NCBI RefSeq assembly: GCF_009914755.1
Contig: NC_060942.1
Source: the human T2T-CHM13v2.0 reference genome, Homo sapiens
DNA length: 64,000 nucleotides
Reading direction: 5' to 3' (one strand)
Made by a program: the position numbers and the translations under genes. Numbering within the stretch: position 1 is the stretch's first letter; each line of letters starts with the position of its first letter. The notes beneath the pieces were generated by a model. It worked only from the letters and a program-made list of their open reading frames with translations, did no database searches and was not told the origin of the DNA. This document shows, in pieces, positions 51,301 to 64,000 of this stretch.

Positions 51301-52335
51301 TTCATTATTAATTGTTCCAAACTCTTAAGTAAACAATACTACAAATTCTACATAAATTCTTCCAAAAATTAAAGAGGAGAAAATAAATGCTAACAAGTTA
51401 TTTAATACCATATTACACTGATACTAAAACCAGCAATGACATTACAAGAAAAGAAAACTATACACATAATTGCAAAAATGCTCACACACATAGTTACAAA
51501 AATTTTCTACATATTTTTAGCAAATTTAATCCAACAACTCCTAAAAAGCATAATACACTATGATAAAATGGCGTTTATGCAAGACATTCACGGTGGGTTT
51601 AACATTTGAAAATTAATATATTTCACCACATTAGCAGGCTAAAAACAAAAACAGGATGATTTCGATAAATGCATAAGTAGAACTTAACAAATTCAATATC
51701 TATTCCTTATTACAAAGAAAATAGAACATCTAGAAATTATGAGTATGAAAGTACTTCCCCAATATGATATAGGGTAAGTATAAAAAAACCAACAACTAGC
51801 TTTATACCTAATGGTGAAAGACTGATTGCTTTCCACCTAAGATCAGAAGGAAGGCAAGGATGTCCACTTCCATCATTTTTATTTAATATAAAACTTGAGA
51901 TTTTAGACAGTGCAACTGGTTAGAAGAAGAAATGAAAGGCATCCAAATTGAAAAAGAAGAAAATCTTCTTTATTTGAAGTTGATATTATCTCCTATTTAG
52001 AAAATTCTATGGAATCTACAAAAGACTAGGAAGACTTGAGTTTAGGAAATTTGCACCATCGAAAACCAACCTACAAAATCCATTGTATTTCAATATACTA
52101 GAAATGCACAATCAACAATTGAAGTAAAACATATTCTTTACAAAAGCATCAAATATAAAAGTACTTGATAAATTTGACAGAAAGTTTTCAGATCTTGTAC
52201 ACTGAAAACTGCAAAACGTTACAGACAGAAATTTAAAAGGACCCAAATACATGCAGTTCTACTCTTTTCTTGGCTTAGAGGACTCAACATTAATAAGATG
52301 TCAATGTTTCCCAAACTGATCTATCTATTTGATGA
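48350..52335 (+). mobile_element. Old L1M (L1MC/MD-like) 5' region, ORF1 and ORF2 relic (sense)
   Basis: ORF1-like peptide RHIVVKWLRNKDK...IRMIADFLPKTMQARR (49593-49781). ORF2 motifs gaagaaatggacaaa, ccaggcccagatagcttca, aaggcaaggatgtcc, cccaaactgatctat. Confidence 0.85.
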
Positions 52336-53449
52336 AATTCCAATCAAAATCTTTTAGCTTAGATCTCCCACCCTTGGAATGGTGGCAAAGCAAGGTGAAA
52401 TTTCCCTAACAAAAGCGGGGGAGTGCAGAAGTAAATACATAGAGCTTCATGCAGGTGTGAGTTAGGACAGTGTTGTAAAGGCCCTTAGTACATAAGCAGG
52501 ACTTATTCTGAAGGGGGGAAAACTTATCAAGTGTGCTGAGGTATAAATATTGAAAAGCTTCCTAAAAGGTTAACCCCCTTGCTAGATGTCAAGATGTTCT
52601 TTTCAAGATTCAGCTTGAAGTAAATTGCCTGTGAATGGGAAAAGAGGAGCTCAGCCTGACAGAAAAATCTTCAAGTGATTTTTTTTGTCTCTTCGAGGCT
52701 GCACATATATAAGTAGAAGCACTTATACCTCTCCATAAAGCCTTGCTTATGTTACACCCACTTCTGCCTTCAGCTCTGATTTACTCTGAATCCTGCCCCA
52801 CTTGCTGTAAAATGCTCTGTCTGCCAGTAACACCTCAGTGAAATCTCCTTTAAGTAAAGCATTCTTGCACCTACGCTGTTGCTCTGAAAGCTGCCATCTG
52901 GTCTAGTTCAACTCTATTTTAAGCTCTTGAATCACATGACTTAAATACACATAAGTGTTGATTGTACATGATTGCCTTTATTGATTCCTGCTTGGACTAA
53001 ACATTTCAGAGCCTCCATCCAACTTTAGCAAGAATTCTCTCTCTCTCTTTTTTTGTTTGTTTGTTTTTTTTTGCGGGGGGGGGGCTTATTCTCTTCCTCT
53101 TGGGCTTAATACTAAATAATTCCCTCTTCTTAAGTAATACTCTGTCTACAAAGATATTGAGGAGTTTGAGTTGTGTGATAATTACCCCCAAAATTTGGTT
53201 TCTTCAGGCTTCAATGTATCTGAATACATCTCTCATTGTCCTCCCCCTTTAAAATCAGCCCCATCTCTTAACTACATGACAACTACATCATTACTATCTC
53301 TATCTCCATTTGAACTAATGACATTGACTTTTTGAGATATCTGTCAGACATAGAGTCTGATTCCTTCCTCCATTCCTTTCCAGCATAGGTTGCCTTCCTA
53401 TGCTATTCATAGCTGGATATTCATATGGCCAGCCTTCTAACCAGACTCT

Positions 53450-53552
53450 AGGTTAGCACCAGTCTCACTGAATTAGAAACTTTTAGGTGAGCCCCAGGTA
53501 CCTGTTTTATTAAGACTTTCCCAGTGATTCTGAACCTCAGCCAGTGAAACCC
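53450..53552. mobile_element. MER5-like hAT relic
   Basis: actgaattagaaactt...gagccccaggtacctgtttt...cccagtgattctga. Confidence 0.5.
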
Positions 53553-53589
53553 TATTCTTATCTTGTATTTTTCAGCTTTGTGTATTTGT

Positions 53590-54045
53590 TTCTCTTGTCA
53601 GCTCTGCATTCAAAGAGAGAGATTCTTGAAGATAGAAATCTCCCTCATCCTTTTATTCTTCAGAACGCTTGCATATGAGAGATGCTCAATAAAGTTAGCA
53701 GCAGCAGATCAAAATAATTAAGAGCCACCATGCCTCAGCACAATTGCTGGTAATGTGCCCCTTTGAAATATCCTTTATTCCCTGCTCCCCTTTCTCCATC
53801 TATTGAGTTGTTCATTAAAGGTCCACTTCAGATCCTTCACTGTAGTCATCTCTAATTCAAAGTCTTCCTTTGCCGTTCCCCACAGTGCACATCATCTGTA
53901 CCAAGCACTCCAGAACTCAGCTTAGAATTATTCTTCATAAGTCAGTCAATTTTTTTCTAACTACCTGGAAGGTTTATAATGTTTCTTCAGTTTTCACAAA
54001 ATTAGTCTGAGTATTCAGACAGTGCTTGATAAATATTTTCTGCTT
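53590..54045 (+). mobile_element. L2 3'-end relics
   Basis: ttcttgaagatagaaatc...gatgctcaataaa and cagtgcttgataaatattt. Confidence 0.5.
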
Positions 54046-54566
54046 GTTTTCTCAATGCATACAGCTGTGACTTGCATTTATTTCAATATAAAGATCCTCT
54101 TACTGAATACCAGATATTTGCAAAGCATTGCTTCAGGTGTTGTGTTAGTGTGAGCACACCCTTTGAAATGTTTAGAAAGGATTCCAGTGCCAAAACCAGA
54201 TGATGTATAAATTAGCCCCCAAAGGGTTTTATCATTAAGAAAATTATAGCTAATTATAGTTAATCTGTCTGTCTGCTGGAGAGTGCTACATTGTCCAACA
54301 TTTGCAAGTAAAGAGCACTTGTGGGAACAAATGCTATTGAGGTAGAGGGTAGGGAGACCAGGAAACCATTTGACCACGATAGTCAATTTCCATCTTTCCA
54401 ATTCAAAAGGAATCTCCTAATCAACCACCGATGATGGTGCTTGGAAAAGTCATCCATGCTTCCCAAAGAATTGGCTGTTATTTTGGAAAGAATGGGATGC
54501 ACAAAACTCTGAATACAGGGCCTATCTAAAACTTTTGGTAAGGTAACAGCATTAAGAAATATTGTG

Positions 54567-55065
<499 letters not shown>

Positions 55066-55278
55066 AAACTGTGAAGTACCTGACCAGGTATAGAGGACAG
55101 TGTTCTCGCCCTCCTTCTCCTCTTTTTCAGGTAAGATATCCAATCGCTCTGGTTCCAGCTGTGGTTATATGAGCTAGGGTAGAGCAAAGTACATCCTTTG
55201 TTGTTCCCAGGAACCATAGAAAAATAGTCTCCTTTTGTGTGTGTGTGTTGGGGGGTGTTTGGGTGTACAGGGGTAGTA

Positions 55279-55408
55279 GTGAAATATAAGAGGTACTAGT
55301 GCCCATGTTCCACTTGGAGGAATTTGTGACAGAGAATGATAGTTTGTGAAATATAAGAGGTACTAGTGCCCATGTTCCACTTGGAGGAATTTGTGACAGA
55401 GGATGATA
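55279..55408. repeat. Two-copy tandem duplication, 67-bp period
   Basis: gtgaaatataagaggtactagtgcccatgttccacttggaggaatttgtgacagag at 55279 and 55346; the first 56 bp are identical. Confidence 0.97.
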
Positions 55409-55991
55409 ATGGCAAGCTAGGGTAAGCAGAGGCAAGAAGTAGAAGACCTTCCCTTGATTTTGCTACATAAGGTACAAATCCACTTCTTGGTTACAATATA
55501 CATTTTTGTCATTTGAAACCAAAAGACTGCTGATGGGTAAAAAACCACAAATATCTAAATATAGGACTGAAATACTGAATAATAATACCAAGTACTGGTG
55601 ATTTGATCAGTTAATTAGTATGGATCTCAGTCTCCTAGGAAAATTAGAATCATGATATCTGAAAAATTTAGCACCTAGGGTCATTGTTAAGGTTGCAAGA
55701 GGACCATGAGATGGCTTTGGCCAACGTATACTTTCAAAGTTCAGCTGTCCTTATTAACTTACTAATGGAAAGAGAAATAATGAATAATGATTAGATGATA
55801 GATAGGGAAAATAGTGGTGGTGTTTTAGAATTTGAAAATGTGTCATTTGGTGGTATTTGAGGTTTTTCTCTCATCCCACATACTAGCTGTGTGTTCTTAC
55901 TGTCACTTTTACATTTATCAGTCTCACATTCCTCTATTCTATAACAGGATAGTAGTACTTCAAGAGACAGATGTAATGATCAATTGAGAAA

Positions 55992-55992
<1 letters not shown>

Positions 55993-56032
<40 letters not shown>
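55993..56032. repeat. (TG)20 microsatellite
   Basis: Directly visible. Confidence 0.97.
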
Positions 56033-56035
<3 letters not shown>

Positions 56036-56399
56036 TGTAAAATACTATGCATTTAGAAATAAGGGTTGAAGTATAAATACCACAGAGACAGACAGGAAAC
56101 TAAATTTCATATTAAAATTTACATTACTTATATTGCAATATCTTTTCCAAGAATACTTTCTGATAGACAAATATTACACTTCTACCTTAATCATATCCAC
56201 AGGTGTACAAGTGTGTGAGGATGTGTGTGTAGCATTGATGGTGAAGTGTCAAAACTATTATAATCTCAGAGAAGGATCCCGCATCCCTGTAATTTGTTTG
56301 CAAGACCTGCTTCAAAATGTATACACACACAGAGGCACCTGTCAGTTATTCTTAACATTTCAGCCATGCTTAATGGAAAACATTTCTATATTTAATTCC

Positions 56400-58645
<2,246 letters not shown>

Positions 58646-59279
58646 TTCACGTGTGTGTTTGTGTGTGTGTGCGTGTGTTTGTGGTGCACATGACTTTGAA
58701 TGATGTCTTCTGTACAGACTCTTAGGTGACATAGTTTTCATCATAGTCAGGCCATATGAGATCATTTTTTCCCTTCCTATCTTGTGCTCACTTCATTGCT
58801 AACATTTCATTTGTTTATTTAGCCAGAACACTGCATGACTTTTTTTCTTTTCTTCTCATCTCATATTTTTCTGAATTACCATACACTTTATATAAAGTGG
58901 AAAGAACTCAGTGAAAAGTATAAATCCTAAGGTCTAAGTGTGCAAAGCTGTAGAGAAGTGATCATCATGTCAATGTGACATGTCATAAAAATGTGCTACA
59001 TAAAAGGCTGCCATCAGATAACCAGAGTAGACCTTTTGCCAAATGATGAGCATAATTTGCCCTCAAATGAAAAGTCAGAGTCTCAAATAAAATAAAACTA
59101 GTAACAAGTCAATCGTTAATTAAAGTTCCAGAAGCTTGATCTTAACAAGCAGCTAAATGCTTGTTAAACTCACTGGAGTTTGGACTATACAGGCCAAGTG
59201 ATGTGGGGAGGTGGCACAGCATAATTCAGTCAGTAAATTAACATATCCTTGCATGGATTGTAGTGTTCTAGGACTGGCC

Positions 59280-59470
59280 ATTAAGAATTGGAAAATACCT
59301 TAAAGATCATGTGGTCCAACCTATCATCTAATCAAGAAACTTGCCATTGTAGCCATTACCCTCTTAAGGGTGTTTTTCATCATTCACTTCTAACTTGATG
59401 GATGTAACCAAAGTTAGATACACCACCTTCTCGGAACTTAATTTTCAATTGCAAGACAACACACCATGTT
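59280..59470 (-). mobile_element. L3/CR1 (or MIR3-like) relic
   Basis: agaattggaaaataccttaaagatcatgtggtccaacc...caccaccttctc. Confidence 0.45.
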
Positions 59471-60049
59471 TGCTTCTAATACTTCAAGAAGTTAGCTTCC
59501 AATCTTATGTGAGAGGTATACAGAGAACAGTGAGTTCAAAACAGAATGAAGCAATAGAAAGTTTATGTAGAAAAAAGTAAAAATGACGATATAAGAGTTT
59601 GGATTGGTGGCTGAAGTCAAGAGGACAGCTACAGAGTGTGCATGGGGCAGGGGGAGTTTATTATTCCCAAATCAATGCCCAGTTTACTCATCCTGAGTAA
59701 TTGTTCTGGTATGCATCAGGAAAGAACATTATACAGAGCTGGGGGTATCATATATCCAGTTAAGGTGACATGGGGATTGAACTCGAGCTAAAGACACCAG
59801 GTTATGAGAGATAGTCCCTATAAGAGAATATATAAAGAAGATGATTTCACGGACTTCTAAGCTTCAGTTTTTTCATCATTCACTTTCTCATAGGTATGTG
59901 TCAACAGTCGATAACCTGCGGGATGGTTTTCTTTATAGACTCCAGTCTTCATCAGCATGAAAAATGTTAGCTTTTTCACTTTTGGCTCTTTCTGTGGTGT
60001 ACTCCATGGTAAATCAATATCCAATATGTTAAAGTCACATTTTCATCCT

Positions 60050-60330
60050 AGATAATTCTGTAAGTATGGTAATAATTTATGGGTCAAATTAAAGGGTGAG
60101 AAACTGCCAGATTGTTTCTAGAGTGGCTGTATCATTTTGTTAGAGGCATAGGGAGGTGAAGTTGCAACTGCAAAGTGTCAGCAAGAGGAAATTCCATAGG
60201 GTGTTGACACTGGTCTGTATTCTATTTGTGGTGGTAGTTACAAGAATCTAATCACGTGTTAAAACTCACAGAACTATACACAAAATGTGAATACTACTAT
60301 TTGTAAATGTATAACAATAAATAAAAGGTA
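60050..60330. mobile_element. Two abutting L1M 3' fragments in opposite orientation
   Basis: Antisense gagaaactgccagattgtttctagagtggctgtatcatttt to ~60140, then sense gtggtggtagttaca...aaaactcacagaactataca...aataaa. Confidence 0.6.
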
Positions 60331-61380
60331 TACTAGTTTTTTTTTTCACGTAAGATAGCCCACAACATGCTTGTGGAAGAAACACACAAGAATTTTTAAA
60401 TACCTTAGGAATTTTTACTTAAAATTTAGCAAACACAATAAACAAGTTACTGCCTAAGAAGCCATCAGTTTTGCTCTCCTGTTGTCTTTCATATAAATCT
60501 ACTTTTACAGATATTATTTCAAATTCTCTGTACCCCTTTTAATTCTAATCCTGTATTTCTAACTCACACTTGAAAAAAACTGGCATTTCTATTAGTTCTG
60601 AGAAATACAGAATCATTCTACAATTGTAGGCAAGGCTTATTTAATCATTAAAGATAGTGTGGCAGGTTTTTTTCATGGAACAGTTTTCATATCTGAGCCA
60701 TATCAGAATTTTAATGAAGGCAATAGGTAAAGAAGGGGGTATGTGTTATAAAACTGTTTTTCATACAAGTTGTCTGCCTAAGGCCCATGGAAGACAGTTC
60801 CTATGTACATTTACTTCATCTTTATTGCAGTGATCCTTGTTGTTACATTGTCACTGTACCGTAAAAACAGCATGCCACATCTACTTTGTCGCTTTAGTCA
60901 TGATTCTAATGCAATGTGATAAAAACATATGCTGTGTCATATGTTATATGTAATGTATTCCTAACTGGACATTTGTAAGATGTTTAATAATGACTGAAGC
61001 TCCACTGTGTCTAATATATTATTGGGTAAATGTGTCAAAAACTAGTGGCATGCTCTAAAACTTTATTTTAAAAGAGGCAGGTCGTACAGCTCTGATGTTG
61101 TTTGTGCCTGATTTGGGCAGCAATGGGATTCAAGCAGCAGATGATGAAAATCACACAATTGGGATATTTTCCACCTTTTGAAAAAGAGGTTGAATTAAGA
61201 AAAAATGTTAATCTGATCCTCTATTATTGTTGTAACTCACTCTCTTCTGAAACCGACTTCAACGGGAGTTACATTGATGAAATAGGCCAGTGTCACCATT
61301 TGTTGGCCAGAAAGCAGGAGAAATATTTTCTTAAAAGATATAATCCGTGACTCCAAATTGCTGCCACATAAATAATGTCA

Positions 61381-61812
<432 letters not shown>

Positions 61813-62081
61813 TTAATTCTAGACAAATACATTTTTATCTTATTTGGAACAACTCTCAAAATCTAATTTCTTCATTCATCTTTCAAATATGTATGTAGCA
61901 CTTCTTATGTTTTAAAGACTCTTGAAAAAGTCAGATTTTCTAGAACTTGGCCCTCAGGTGTGAGATATTTCTTTCATACATATGTAGCTATTTATTCTTT
62001 CATGTATTTATAAATTAATTTGAACATTATTTTTAGCTTATGATTACGGAGCCTCTTTTTAAGCCAGAACCTGATTTTTAA

Positions 62082-62381
62082 TTTTTTTTTTTTTTTTTTT
62101 TTTTGAGACGGAGTCTCACTCTGTCGCCCAGACTGGAGTGCAGTGGAGCAATCTAGGCTCACTGCAAGCACCGCCTCCCGGGTTCACGCCATTCTCCTGC
62201 CTCAGCCTGAGTAGCTGGGACTACAGGCGCCCGCCACCACGCCCGGCTAATTTTTTGTATTTTTAGTAGGGACGGGGTTTCACCGTGTTAGCCAGGATGG
62301 TCTCGATCTCCTGACTTCGTGATCTGCCCGCTTCAGCCTCCCAAAGTGCTACGATTACAGGCGTGTGCCACCGCGCCCGGC
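62082..62381 (-). mobile_element. AluY SINE, CpG-rich
   Basis: Poly-T then gagacggagtctc...caccgtgttagccaggatggtctcgatc...ccaccgcgcccggc. Only a short gattttt flank repeat. Confidence 0.95.
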
Positions 62382-64000
62382 GATTTTTTTTTTTAAATTA
62401 GGCTCTTCTCCTATGGGTTCTCATGGTCTAGCCCCAAAATTGATTCATTTACGTTGATTCCTAACTGACTACTTGTTTTCTTTGTTGTGGGATTTTTTGG
62501 ATTATTACAATTTTTTTTTCCTGTCTGGTGACATATTTCTGCCACACTAACATTGTGAAAATTTTTTATTTTCCCGTTTTCTTTCTACCCTTCCTGAGCT
62601 CAAACCTCAGACACAGTCAAGACCATATCTTCACTAAAACTTGACTAGACCTTCAGTTGAGTCAAGGAAATCTACTGGGTAAATCAGTGGGCCTCAGTTG
62701 CTTCAATGATATCTTCCTAGGTATTTAGATTTTTAATGGAAATTGTAGTTCTAATTGTCCCTTTTGATTTCTGCCTTCTCAACCAGGAGTAGATTACAAT
62801 TATTGAGTATGAGGGAAAGTTCTGAGAATAAATGCTGTCAAACTGTTGCTTGTCTAATTTCACCTGTAGTCCTTCCATCACACCTAAATGCAGGCTGGAC
62901 GTCACAAGTCTTCATTGAAAACTAACTAAAAAAGTTTTCAGACATCATAGAGAATATATTACCTTATGAAATAAAAAGCTTCCTGAAAGTTTTACTCCAG
63001 CAAATTTTAATCAGCATTTTTAATTCTAATTTTTACATTATTTTAAGAAATTTTTACTTTTTATTTTTATTATAAGAATATTATGGTTATTCTTTCCTAT
63101 ATTCCCCAGAAATTAGCATTCTGAGAAGAAAGTTTTTACATGGTCTCATTTGCTTAAAATTAAATATATCAATACTCTTTTCCTAACACCTCTACATCCT
63201 TATGTAAAACATGTCCATTTATTATTTTAATAAAGGGACAACTGTTCTCCAGAGGTTGCCCCATCCAATACTTTACTCCATATGCTATTTCAGATTCCCA
63301 AGTATAAGAAAGCAAAACAATGAGTGTTTAGGGTTTAATTTTTAATAAAAAGTTCCCCAAACTCAATTAAATTCTTACTGAATCTTGAGTGAAAATGAAA
63401 TATATTAAACCCCAAGAAGCAGCCGCAAATGTCTAATACATTGGATAACAAGGATTAGAACGCTGGTTTGGGATCATATGCCTTCGTTTGGTTATTAGAC
63501 ATTAAGAATGGGATTTTAGGCAGCTCTCTCCTAGATGCATGAGTCCCAGTAAAGTCCTTACCAGATAATTCATTATAGTTTTTGTGTGTTGGGGAGGGGG
63601 GGAAGGGAGGGGTTGTAATTTAGAAGAATGCAATTAAAACTGAACTTGATAATTAACTCTGAACTGGTGAGAACTAGTTCCAGAGATTATTACTATAATG
63701 CTGTGTAGTCATTGATATAAATATTCATGAGGTTTCATTGTTTTATGGTTTTCTCAAGCACACAGCTTATCTGAAGAAGTAAAATTAAAGTACCATTATT
63801 TAACATTACAATGCAAATAAGAATCAATGAAGAAAGAATTGTTAATTCATTAGAGAATGTAAATACATGTAGGTATGTGTACAGGGACTATATCATATAT
63901 GTACAAATAAAACATCTTCTGAATGTATAAATTAGAATATTGGGGAAAGAAGAAAAATAGTGATATGGGTAAACAATTGTGGATCTTAATCTGGTCCACG

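Noticed and set aside
55279-55408. Direct repeats as a CRISPR-like array
   Set aside because: Only two adjacent copies, no unique spacers, and a mammalian context.

Overview
This is AT-rich, CpG-poor primate genomic DNA, probably human given the AluY and L1PA-type elements. It starts with a HindIII site (AAGCTT), as a clone end would. I can support no protein-coding exon, RNA gene or CpG-island promoter. The ORFs in the track are chance ORFs or decayed L1 ORF1/ORF2, ERV-L gag/pol and Alu translations. Interspersed repeats dominate: several ERV1 solo LTRs (LTR9/MER61-like, two MER57/MER93-like, one MER41B), a truncated ERV-L provirus with its MLT2 5' LTR, a textbook twin-primed (5'-inverted) L1PA, long old L1M tracts, seven Alus, DNA-transposon MITEs, L2/MIR/CR1 relics and microsatellites. 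Repeat subfamily names come from recalled consensus sequences, not from a search. I see no evidence of a new multi-gene system. The best leads are: (i) a strong polypyrimidine-CAG|GTAAGA motif resembling a recursive splice site, followed by a stop-containing candidate exon that holds a young 67-bp tandem duplication; (ii) a tail-less internal L1 fragment with locally templated micro-rearrangements; (iii) a 34-bp templated copy near the ERV-L truncation point; (iv) a MER41B retaining one GAS site next to an AP-1 site.
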